From contig JASTWF010000035.1 in assembly GCA_030390025.1 (NCBI GenBank), forward strand, positions 3,348,001 through 3,412,000: a DNA stretch of 64,000 bases, read 5' to 3'. Position numbers and translations under genes: made by a program. Below, piece after piece: positions 11,480-22,755 of the stretch. Numbering within the stretch: position 1 is the stretch's first letter; each line of letters starts with the position of its first letter. Below the pieces are notes generated by a model that had not been told where the DNA came from, made no database searches, and saw only the letters and a list, made by a program, of their open reading frames with translations. This stretch comes from Squalus acanthias. Its lineage: Eukaryota.

Positions 11480-14400
11480 GGTAGCATGTTCAGCCATGAA
11501 CGCATTGAATGGCGGTGCAGGCTCGAAGGACCGAATGGTCTACTCCTGTACCTATTTTCTATGTTTCTATGTTTCTATGTGCAGCAGAACCTGGCTGCAG
11601 TGCAGAAAGAGGTTTCATGACCTTCTCTGCACAGGAAAAGTGATTACATTCCCATCACCCTCAATCTGATCCCAAGCGCCTCTCATCACCAGCACTCTGC
11701 TTTGTCAACCTCCTCCTCCACATCCCACTTCACCCTTACATCCCTGCACCCTTAACCATTCCCTCTCTCTATGTTCACATTCACTTAACTATTTGACTAT
11801 GCAGCCCTCACATTCCCTATCACTGTGATGCATGACAACAACTTACAACACACAGGGAGGGCCCTTGGTCTTGGCACCTCACTCCATCTTTGTCTCCTTC
11901 TAAGCATCTATGCTATGGATTCTCTACACTCACTCCTTCATTCTCACTCAAACTCCACTTGTGTCCCTCATTGCAGGAAAAGAGAGCCCACAATAAGAGG
12001 GAAAGGGCGAGGACAGGAGGAGGGCCACCCTCAATAGCCCAGCTCACCAATGCAGAGGAGGCGGTCCTGGAGAGCGTGGGAGTGGAGGAGGATGTGCAAG
12101 TGGGGGACGGACAGACGGGCGCATCACAGCAAGCTGGTAACAGAATAGTTTTGCATCTCTCTCATTAACATTGCATGAGTGACTGATAATGATTCTGATG
12201 CTCTAACAGATTGACTAATGATCATCTGCACAATTCAATGTGCATGCAACCTTTATCTCACATCTCTCTTTCCTTTACTCCCCACAGGACCATCGAGAGC
12301 CCCCGCTGTCCAGGAGGAACAGCCTGAGCCTGAAGACCCCGCAGAGGAAGCTGCAACTTCTGAGGGCGCAGCGTCAGCAGAATTAAGTGCACCCAGCACC
12401 AGCGCAGACACTCACACGTCGGTGGGACCTTCGCGAGATAGAGTAGCGTTGTCACCTGGTGTATCACAGATCACAAGTGAGCATCAAGAGATGGTGGAGA
12501 CAGGGACAGCAGTGGAGAGTCCTCATCGGAGGGCGCAGGAGTCTGCCAGCTCGGCTCAGCTGCATGTCGACCCTGTGCCTCCGGGTCCATCCAGAAGGAG
12601 AGCGGTGCTGGAACTCCAGGAACAGGTGCAGGAGTCTCTGGCAGGTTTTGTCTCCAGGGTCACTGCGAGTGTGGAGCGAATGGAGGAGTCCATCACGAAC
12701 ATGAGCAGAGCCTTTGTGGAGGCATTGGCGCATGAACGCATCACCACAGAAAGGATGGCAACCTCCGTGGAAAGGATGGGTTGAGGAAGCGCTCAGTCAA
12801 GGTGGGGAGAGGGGTTTCCCAGGAGGTCACACTGGAGATGGGTGTCAGGCTCCAAACTTCGACAACAATGAGTAGGCCTGCTAAAAGTACCCCCAGACCT
12901 GAGACAACAAAGTTCTGCCACCTGCAAATGATCATTGCTGAAAACTCCTTTTTAATGGAGGAGCTGCAGCTGTTAGTAAGCAGTCCACTTGTGAGGCCGC
13001 CAGGATTAACTGGTGTGTTCCAGCGGAGACGTGCAGCAGGGCGGGGAAATGTGTTAAATTCAGAAAGGCCTCTCAAAATGGGATTATAGAGGCAATTAGC
13101 TGGTTGTTAAGGACCTTAAGGGCCTATCCCGCCTATGGGAGGCGGGATGGAAACGGGGTCTGAAACCACGAATGTGGGAAAATTGCTCAGAGGCGGGATG
13201 GAAGCGGGATCGGGTCCGCCCGCCATTTTTTGTGATTTTAACACCTCACACGCCTCCAAACCCGCCTTCTTGGGCCTGGCAAAATCGAGCCCTTTGTGTC
13301 TGTCTTCACAGAAGACACAAAAAGCTTTCCGGAAATAGTGGCGAACCAAGGCTCTAGCAAGAATGAGGCGGCAGAGTACTGCAAACAGCGTGGGAGCGGA
13401 GAGCCAGAACGGCAGAGTACTTTAAAAAGAGCGAGAGCTGAGGAACTGAAAGAAATTAGTATTAGTAAAAAAATAGTACTGGAGAAATTAATGGGACTGA
13501 AACCGATAAATCTCCTGGACCGGATTGACTGCATCCTTGGGTTTTAAAAGCGGTGGCTATAGAAATAGTGGATGCATTGCTGTTAATTTTCCAAAATTCC
13601 ATAGATTCTAGAACGGTTCCCACGGATTAGAAGGTAGCAAATGTAACCCCACTATTTAAGAAAGGAGGGAGAGAGAAAACAAGGAACTACAGACCAGTTA
13701 GCCTGACATCAGTAGGCGGGAAAATGCTAGAATCTATTATTAAGGACGTGGTAACAGGGCACTTAGTAAATAATAATAGGATTGGGTAGAGTCAACACGG
13801 ATTTATGAAAGGGAAATCGTGTTTGACAAATCTGTTGGAGAGTTTTTTGAGGTTGTAACTAGCAGAATTGATAAGGGGGAACCAGTGGATGTGGTGCATT
13901 TGGATTTTCAGAAGGCATTCGATAAGGTGCCACACAAGAGGTTATTCAACAAAATTAGGGCTCATGGGATTGGGGTTAATATACTAGCATGGATTGAGGA
14001 TTGGTTAACGGACAGAAAACAGAGAGTAGGAATAAACGGGTCATTTTTGGGTTGGCAGACTGTAACTAGTGGGGTACCGCATGGATCAGTGCTTGGGCTT
14101 CAGCTATTCACAATCTACATCAATAATTTGGATGAGGGGACCAAATGTAATATATCCAAATTTGGTGATGATACAAAGCTGGGTGGGAATGTAAGTTGTG
14201 AGGAGGATGCAAGGAGGCTTCAAGGGGATATAGACAGGCTAAGTGAGTGGGCAAGAACATGGCAAATGGAATATAATGTGGAGAAATGTGAAGTTATCCA
14301 CTTTGGTAGGAAAACTAGAAAAGCAGAGTATTTTTTAAATGTTGAGAGATTGGGAAATGTTGGTGTTCAGAGGGACCTGGGTGTCCTTGTACAAGAATCA

Positions 14401-15089
14401 CTGAAAGTTAACATGCAGGTACAGCAAGCAATTAGGAAAGCAAATAGTATGTTGGGCTTTATTACAAGAGGATTTGAGTTTAAGAGTAAAGACGTCTTAC
14501 TGCAATTATATAGGGCCCTGGTGAGACCACACCTGGGGTATTGTGTACCGTTTTGGTCTCCTTACCTAAGGAAGGATATACTTGCCATAGAGGGAGTGCA
14601 ACGAAGGTTCACCAGACTGGTTCCTGGATTGGGGGGGATTGTCCTATGAGGAGAGATTGAGTAGACTAGACCTATATTCTCTAGAGTTTAGAAGAATGAG
14701 AGGTGATCTCATTGAAACATACAAAATTCTTACAGGGCTTGACAGGGTAGATGCAGGGAGGATGTTTCCCCTGGCTGGGGAGTCTAGAACCAGGGGCCAC
14801 AGTCTCAGAATAAGGGATCGGTCATTTAGGACTGTGATGAGGAGAAGTTTCTTCACTCAGACGGTGGTGAATCTTTGGAATTCTCTACCCCAGAGGGTTG
14901 TGGAGGCTCAGTCGTTGAGTATATTCAAGACAGAAATCGATAGATTTTTGAATATTAAGGGAATCAAGGGATTTGGGGATAGTGCAGGAAAGTGGAGATG
15001 AGGTAGAAGATCAGCCATGATCTTATTGAATGGCGGAGCAGGCTCGAAGGGCCAAGTGGCCGACTCCTGCTCCTATTTCTTATGTTCTT

Positions 15090-16043
15090 TTACCTATAGA
15101 AGCTTTAACAATCTGTGTTTATGTCTCTTGCTAGTTTACTCTCATTCTATTTTCTCTCTCTTTATCAATTACTTCATCCACCTTCGCTGAATTAGAATCA
15201 TAGAATGGTTACAGCACAGAAGGAGGCCATTTGGCCTGTTGAGCCCATGACAGCTCTCTGCAAGAGCATTACACATAGTCCCACTCCCCCGCCCTTTCCC
15301 CATAGCCCTGCAAATGTTTTTCTTTCAGGTACTTATCCAATTCCCTTTTGAAAGCCACAATTGAGTTTGCCTCCACCACCCTTTCAGGCAGTGTATTCCA
15401 GACCCTAACCACTCGCTGTGTAAAAAAGTTTTTCCTCATGTCGCCTTTGGATCTTCCGCCAATCACCTTAAATCTGTGTCACAGAATCACAGAATCCCCA
15501 CAGTGCAGATAGAGGCCATTCCGGCCCATCGAGCCTGCACCGACACATATCCCACCCTATCCCTGTAACCCCACGTATTTAATCCCCCCTAACACTAAGG
15601 GTCAATTTATCAGAGCCAAATCAACCTAACCCGCACATCTTTGGACTCTGGTTCTCGACCCTTCCATCAATGGTAACAGTTTCTCTCTATCTACTTTGTT
15701 TAGACCCCTCATCATTTTGAACACTTCTATCAAATCTCCTCCCCATCTTCTCTGCTCTAAGGAGAACAACCCCAGCTTCTCCAGTCTATCCACATAACTG
15801 AAGTCCCTCATCCCTGGAACAATTCTCGTAAATCTTTTCTGCACCCTCTCTAAAGCCTTCACATCCTTCCTAAAGTGCGGTGCCCAGAATTGGACAATAC
15901 TCCAGTTGAGGCCCAACCAGTGTTTTTTTTATAAAGGTTCATCATAACTTCCTTGCTTTTGTACTCTATGCCTCTATTTATGAAGCCCAGGATCCCGTAT
16001 GCTTTTTTAACCACTTTTTCAAGCTGCCCTGCCATCTTCAATA
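15090..16043 (-). mobile_element. CR1 fragments, mainly a 3' end interrupted by a SINE
   Basis: Minus ORFs 15269-15466, 15626-15916 and 15859-16182 are CR1 C-terminal peptides. Tail AGAATCATAGAAT near 15193. Confidence 0.8.
15481..15646 (-). mobile_element. 5'-truncated V/HE1-type SINE
   Basis: Near-identical to 61583-61745. Interrupts the CR1 sequence AATCTGTGTC|CTCTGGTT. Confidence 0.85.
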
Positions 16044-16044
16044 A

Positions 16045-19000
16045 TGGTGGCTCAAAGATTGGTGTGGGAGAAATGGGTTTCGATTCCTGGGGCACTGGGA
16101 CCAGTACTGGGATAAGAGGGAGCTGTTCCGTCAAAACGGGCTTCATTTGAACCAGGCTGGGACCAGTGTCCTGGCGAATCAAATAACTAGGGCTGTAGAT
16201 AGGGCTTAAACTAAATAGTGGGGCGGGGGGGGGGGGAGGGATACGCTGAGCGGAAATTTAAAAAGTGAAAGAAAAATGAGAAGGCAAAGGTGTAGAGTAG
16301 CGATAGGGGTAACGATAACCAGAGTGTGACAGGAAGGGACAGAGCGTATACACATAAGGGTGCATCAGAAAGAGGGGTCAGAGTAGGAAAAAATGGTAAA
16401 AAGACAAAATTAAAAGCTCTATATCTGAACGCATGCAACATTCGTAACAAGATAGATGCGTTGACAGCACGAATAGAAATAAATGGGTATGATCTGATAG
16501 CCATTACAGAGACGTGGTTGCAAGGTGACCAAGGCTGCGAACTGAATATTCAGGGGTATTTGCCACTTCGTAAGGATAGGCAGAAAGGAAAAGGAGGTGG
16601 TGTAGCTCTGTTAATAAGGGATGAGATCAGTGCAGTAGTGAGAAATGATATTGGCCTAGAAGATCAAGACATAGAATCAGTTTGGGTGGAGATAAGAAAT
16701 AATAAGGGTAAAAAGTCACTGGTGGGAGTGGTCTATAGGCCCCCAAACAGTAGCCAAACTGTAGGACAGAGAATAAATCAAGAAATAATAGAGGCTTGTA
16801 AGAAAGGTACGGCTATAATCATGGGAGATTTTAATCTTCATATTGATTAGACAAAGCAAATTGGCAAAGGTAGACTTGAGGAAGAGTTCTTGGAGTGTAT
16901 ACGGGATGGTTTCTTGCAACAATATGTTGTGGAACCAACCAGGGAGAAGACTATTTTAGATCTGGTAATGTGTAACGAGGCTGGATTAATTAATGATCTC
17001 GAAGTGAAGGATCCTCTTGGGAAGAGTGATCATAGCATGGTAGAATTTCAAATTCAGTTTGAGGGTGAGAAAGCTAGGTCTGAAACTAGTGTCCTGAACT
17101 TAAACAAAGGTAATTACAAAGGTATGAAGGCAGACTTGGTTAAAGTAGACTGGGAAAATATATTACAGGGTAAGACTGTAGAAAAGCAGTGGCAAACATT
17201 TAAGGAGATATTTCATAACTCTCAGCAAAGATATATTCCAGTGAGAAAGAAAGACTCTAAGAGAAGGATGAACCATCCGTGGCTAACTAAGGAAGTAAAG
17301 GATGGTATCAAATTGAAAACAAAGGCATACAATGTTGCGAAGAATAGTGAAACGCCAGAGGATTGGGAATGTTTTTTAAACCAGCAAAGGACGACTAAAA
17401 AAATAATAAAGAGAGAGAAGATAGCTTATGAGTAAGCTAGCAAGAAATATAAAAACAGACAGTAAGAGCTTCTACAAGTATATAAAAATGAAGAGAGTAG
17501 CTAAAGTAAACGTTGGTCCCCTAGAGGATGAGTCTGGGGAATTAATAATGGGAAACAGGGAAATGGCAGAGACTTTGAACAAATATTTTGTATCGGTCTT
17601 CAAGGTAGAAGACACTAAAAGCATCCCAATAATGGATAATCAAGGCGCTATTGGGGTGAGGGGGGGGGAACTTAAAACAATCACTATCACTAGAGAGAAA
17701 GTACTAGGCAAACTAATGGGACTAAAGGTGGACAAGTCCCCTGGACCCGATGGTCTGCATCCTAGAGTCTTAAAAGAGGTGGCTGCAGAGATAGTGGATG
17801 CATTGGTTGTAATCTACCAAAACTCCTTGGATTCTGGAGAGGTCCCAACGGACTGGAAAATTGCAAATGTAATGTCCCTATTTAAGAAAGGAGATAGACA
17901 GAAAGCAGGCAACTATCAACCAGTTAGCCTAACATCTGTCATTGGGAAAACGCTGGAGTCCATTATTAAGGAAGTGATAGCAAGACATTTAGAAAATCAT
18001 AATATAGTCAAGCAGAGTCAGCATGGTTTTATGACAGGGAAATCATGTTTGACAAATTTGCTGGAGTTCTTTAAGGATGTAACAAGCAGGGTGGATAAAG
18101 GGGAACCAGTATTTGGATTTCCAGAAGGCATTCGATAAGCTGCCACAAAAAAGGTTACTACATAAGATAAAAGCTTACAGGGTTGGGGGTAATATATTAG
18201 CATGGATAGAGGATTGGCTAACTAACAGAAAACAGAGAGTCAGGATAAATGGGTCATTTTCAGGTTGGCAAACTGTAACTAGTGGGGTGCCGCAGGGATC
18301 AGTGCTGGGGCCTCAACTATTTACAATCTATATTAATGACTTGGATGAAGGGACTGAGTGTAATATAGCCAAATTTGCTGATGATACAAAGATAGGTGGG
18401 AAAGCAAATTGTGTGGAGGACACAAAGAATCTCCAAATGGATATAGATAGGCTAAGTGAGTGGGCAAAAATATGGCAGATTGAGTTTAATGTGGGAAAAT
18501 GCGAGGTCACCCATTTTGGTAGGAAAAATAAAAAGTCAAATTATTATTTAAATGGGGAGAGATTACAAAATGATGAGGTACAGAGGGATCTGGGAGTCCT
18601 TGTACATGAATTACAAAAGGTTAGGACGCAGGTACAGCAAGTAATTAGGAAGGCAAATGGAATGTTGGCCTTTATTGCAAAGGGAATGGAGTATAAAAGT
18701 AGGGAAGTCCTGTTACAACTGTACAATGCGTTGGTGAGACCACACCTGGAGTACTGTGTACAGTTTTGGTCTCCTCATTTAAGGAAGGATATACTTGCAT
18801 TGGAGGCAGTTCAGAGAAGGTTCACTAGGTTGATTCCAGAGATGAAGGGGTTATCTTATGAAGAAAGGTTGAGCAGGTTGGGCCTATACTCATTGGAGTT
18901 TAGAAGAATGAGAGGGGATCTTATTGAAACATATAAGATTCTGAAGGGGCTTGACAGGGTAGATGCAGAGAGAATATTTCCCCTCGTGGGGGAATCTAGA

Positions 19001-19300
19001 ACTAGGGGGCATAATTTCAGAATAAGGGGGCACCTTTTAAATTGGAAATCAGGAGGAATTTCTTCTCTCAGAGGGTCGTGAATCTTTGGAATTCTCTTCC
19101 CCAGAGAGCTGTGGAAGCTGGGTCATTGAATATATTTAAGATGGAGATAGACAGATTTTTGAACGATAAGGGAGTGAAGGGTTATGGGGACATGCAGGGA
19201 AGTGGAGTTGAGACCAAGATCAGATCAGCCATGATCTTATTGAATGGCGGAGCAGGCTCGAGGGGCCAAATGACCTACTCCTGCTCTTATGTTCTTATGA
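16045..19300 (+). mobile_element. CR1, end of ORF1 plus complete but disrupted ORF2
   Basis: ORF pieces 16326-16850, 16890-17435, 17428-18138 and 18113-19081 are colinear APE-RT. 3' stem-loop and (TTCTTATG)n tail. Confidence 0.93.
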
Positions 19301-20500
19301 TTTGTGCACATATACCCGCAGGTCTCTCTGTATCACTTTGCACTTTTCTGCATTAAATTTCTTCTGCCACGGGTCCGCCCATTTCACAAGCCTGTCTCTG
19401 TCTTCTTGAAGTCTATCACTATCCTCCTCACTGTTAAGAACATAAGAAATAGGAGCAGGAGTAGGCCATTCGGCCCTTCGAGCCTGCTCCGCCATTCAAT
19501 GAGATCATGGCTGATCTTCTGCCTCAACTCCATTCACCGGCCCTATCGCCATGTCCCTTGATGCCCTTACTAGTCAGAAATCTATCGACTTCTGTTTTGA
19601 ATATACCCAATGACTGAGCCTCCACAGCCCTCTGGGGTAGAGAATTCCAAAGATTCACCACCCTCTGTGTGAAGAAATTTCTTCTCATCTCAGTCCTGAA
19701 TGGCCTACCCTTTATCTTGAGGCTGTGGCCCCTGGGTCTAGACTCCCCAGCCAAGTGAAACATTCTCCCAGCATCCATCCTATCAAGCCCTGTAATAATT
19801 TTGTATGCTTCAATGAGATCCCCTCTCATTCTTCTGAATTCAAGAGAATACAGGCCTAGTTTACTCAATCACTTCTCATACGACAGTCCCGCCATCCCAG
19901 GAATCAATCTCGTGAACCTTTGTTGCACTCCCTCTATGGCAAGTATATCCTTCCTTAGGTAAGGAGACCAAAATTGTACACAGTACTCCAGGTGTGGTCT
20001 CACCAAGGTCCTATTTAATTGGAGTAAGACATCTTCAATAGAAACATAAAACATAGAAGATAGGAGCGCTTCAGCCAAGAAGAGAGACTAGACAGTCTGG
20101 GGTTGTTTTCCTTAGATCAGAGAAGGCTGAGGGGGGACCTGATTGAGGTGTACAAAATTATGAGGGGCATAGATAGGGCAGATAGAAAAGAACTTTTCCC
20201 CTCAGTAGAGGGGTCAATAACCAGGGGGCATAATTTCAAGGTAAGGGGCAGGACGTTTAGAGGGGATTTGAGGAAAAACTTATTCACCCAGAGGGTGGTT
20301 GGAATCTGGAACTCACTGCCTGAAAGGGTGGTAGAGGCAGGAACCCTCACAACATTAAGAAGCATTTAGATGAGCACTTGAAACACCATAGCATACAAGA
20401 GTACGGACCAAGTGCTGGAAAATGGGATTCGAATAGACAGGGCTTGATGGCCGGCGCGGACACGATGGGCAGAAGGGCCTCTTTCTGTGCTGTATAACTC
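19301..20500. mobile_element. Cluster of short CR1 3' fragments (minus 19301-20065, plus 20066-20500)
   Basis: ORFs 19524-19868 and 19869-20078 (minus) and 20103-20369 (plus) are CR1 C-terminal peptides with tails. Confidence 0.8.
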
Positions 20501-20797
20501 ATAGAATCATAGAAGATAGGAGCAGGAGTAGGCCATTCGGCCCCTCTAGCCTGCTCCACCATTCAATGCGATCATGGCTGATCATCCAAATTCAGTACCC
20601 TGTCCCTGCTTTCTCTCCATATCCATCGATCCCTTTAGCCTTAAGAAATATATCCAACTCCTTCTTGAATCTATTTAATGAATTGGCCTCTACTGCCTTC
20701 TGTGGTAGAGAATTCCACAGGTTCACCACTCTCTGGGTGAAGAAATTCCTCCTCATTTCTGTCCTAAATGGCTTACCCCTTATCCTTAGACTATGAC

Positions 20798-20918
20798 ATA
20801 ACAACAGAAAACGCTGGAAAAACTCAGCAGGCCAGGCAGCATCCGTGGAGAGAGAAAGAGAGTTAACGTTTCAGGTCGATGACCTTTCATCAGAACTGTG
20901 AAGAGCCGGAAATCAAAT
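20798..20918 (-). mobile_element. Short Penelope-like element terminal fragment
   Basis: 121-bp insert splitting CR1 (..AGACTATGAC|CCCTGGTT..). Carries a minimal hammerhead motif typical of PLE terminal repeats. Confidence 0.65.
20861..20897 (-). ncRNA. Minimal type I hammerhead ribozyme motif
   Basis: Minus strand AGTT-CTGATGA-A-AGGTC-ATC-GACCT-GAAAC-GTT-AACT: core boxes, 5-bp stem II, palindromic AACGTT stem III and stem I AGTT/AACT. Confidence 0.75.
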
Positions 20919-22352
20919 CCCTGGTTCTGGACTCCCCGACCATCGGGAACATCCTTCCTGCATCTAGTTTGTCCTGTCCTGACAGAATTTTATGAGTTTC
21001 AATGAGATCCCCTCTCATTCTTCTAAACTCCAGCGAGTATAAGCCCAATCGACCCAATCTCTCTTCATACGTCATTCCTGCCATCCCAGGTATCAGCCTT
21101 GTGAATCTTCGCTGAACTCCTTCCATGGCAAGAACATCCTTCCTCAGATAAGGCGACCAAAACTGCACACAGTACTCAAGGTGTGGTCTCACCAAGGCCC
21201 TGTACAACTGCAGCAGGACATCCTTGTTCCTGTACTCAAACCCTCTCGCTATGAAGGCCAACATACCATTTGCCTTCTTAACCGCCTGCTGCACCTGCAT
21301 GCTTACCTTCAGCGACTAGTGCACAAGGACACCCAGGTCTCGTTGCACTTCCCCTTCTCCCAATCTATTGCCATTCAGATAATAATCTGCCTTTCTGTTT
21401 TTGACACCAAAGTGGATAACCTCGCATTTATCCACATTATATTGCATCTGCCACGCTTCTGCCCAATCACCTAACCTGTCCAAATCATCCTGGAGTTTCT
21501 CGGCATCCTCCTCGCAGCACACACGCCCACCCAGTTTTGTGTCGTCTGCAAACTTGGAGATATTACATCTAGTTCCCTTGTCTAGATCATAAATATATAT
21601 TGTGAATAGCTGGGGTCCAAGGACCGATCCCTGCGGTACCCCACTAGTCACTGCCTGCCACTCGGAAAAAGACCCGTTTATTCCAACTCTTTGCTTTCTG
21701 TCTGCCAACCAGTTCTCTATCCAAGTCAATACCTTGCCCCCAATCCCATGTGCCTTAACTTTACACGCTAATCACTTATGCGGGACCTTATCAAAAGCCT
21801 TTTGGAAGTCCAAATACACCACATCTACTGGTTCTCCCTTATCTATTTTCCCAGTTACATCTTCAAAAAATTCCAGTAGATTCGTCAAGCATGATTTACC
21901 TTTTGTAAATCCATGTTGACTTTGTCCGATCCTGTCACTGTTTTCCAAGTGCTCAGCTATTACATCTTTTATAATGGAATCTAGCATTTTCCCCACTACC
22001 GATGTCAGGGTTTTCGGTCTGTAATTCCCTGTTTTCTCTCTGCCACCCTTTTTGAATAGTGGGGTAACATTAGCTACCCTCCAATCCATGGGTACTGTTC
22101 CAGATTCCATCGAATGTTGGAAGATGATCAGCAATGCATCTACTATTTCTAGTGCCACTTCCTTAAGTACCCTAGGATGTAGATTATCAGGCCCTGGGGA
22201 ATTATCGGCCTTCAATTCCTTCAATTTCCCTAACACCATTTCCCTACAAATACTGATTTCTTTCAGTTCCTCCCTTTCATCAGACCCTATGTTCCCCAAC
22301 ATCTCTGGGAGGTTATTTGTGTCTTCCTTTGTGAAGACGGAACCAAAATATG

Positions 22353-22755
22353 TAACTCAAGGACTCTATGCAAATTTTGAAATTGTGCCCTGTACACCCA
22401 AATCTAAATCATTAATATATATCAAGAAAAGCAGTGGTCTTAGTACCGACCCCTGGGGAACACCAATGTATACCTTCCTCCAGTCCGAAAAACAACCGTT
22501 CACCACTACTCTCTGTTTCCTGTCCCTTAGCCAATTTCGTATCCATGCTGCCACTGTCCATTTTATTCCATGGGCTTCAATTTTGCTGGCAAGCCTATTA
22601 TGTGGCACTTTATCAAACGCCTTTTGGAAATCCATGTACACCACGGCAACCGCATTGCCCTCATCAACCCTTTCTGTTACCTCCTCAAAAAACTCCATCA
22701 AGTTAGCTAAACACGATTTGACTTTAACAAATCCATGCTGGCTTTCCTTAATTAA
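22353..22755 (-). mobile_element. CR1 RT fragment
   Basis: Peptide [28 protein letters not shown] within ORF 22366-22851. Confidence 0.85.

Larger units (their letters stand above)
6867..11571 (+). mobile_element. Full-length, apparently intact CR1 LINE
   Basis: 5' UTR with tandem monomers, intact ORF1 and ORF2, 3' stem-loop and (TTTCTATG)n tail. 7-bp TSD TTTCTAT at 6860-6866 and 11572-11578. Confidence 0.96.
6688..12784 (+). pseudogene. Harbinger Myb/SANT-like DNA-binding protein gene, 3 exons (6688-6866 + 11579-11639, 11977-12136, 12288-12784)
   Basis: Reconstructed peptide MFSTRPKCAPRFDEASLQDLVEGARANMEVLFPSSGRKKPPQQTKFV*LQVAQGVNAISMCSRTWLQCRKRFHDLLCTGK | EKRAHNKRERARTGGGPP.. | GPSRAPAV.. 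with GT-AG introns of phase 0 then 1. Inactivated by a TGA at an expected Trp and by the CR1 insertion in exon 1. Confidence 0.82.
6407..13292 (+). mobile_element. Non-autonomous PIF/Harbinger-type DNA transposon (about 2.2 kb without the nested CR1) carrying only the Myb/SANT gene
   Basis: TIRs GGGCTGGATTTTGCCA (6407) and TGGCAAAATCGAGCCC (ending 13292), 15 of 16 matching. Flanks TCT and TTT. Subterminal GGCGGGATGGAA repeats at 13141 and 13192. Contains a spliced Myb/SANT-like gene and no transposase. Confidence 0.85.
3860..15090 (+). mobile_element. Old near-full-length CR1, split by a Harbinger-type insertion at 6407-13292
   Basis: Frameshifted ORF1 4115-5072 (CxxC..CxxC, GDS, GTND, DGLH) and ORF2 pieces 5159-6406. 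ORF2 resumes at 13293 (SVFTEDTK) directly after LNKYF and runs to the stop at 15001 and tail at about 15090. Confidence 0.88.
20501..22352 (-). mobile_element. 5'-truncated CR1 (family A), interrupted by a Penelope-like fragment
   Basis: Minus ORFs 21772-22302, 21316-21729, 20890-21300 and 20592-20804 closely match 1-1855. Confidence 0.93.
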
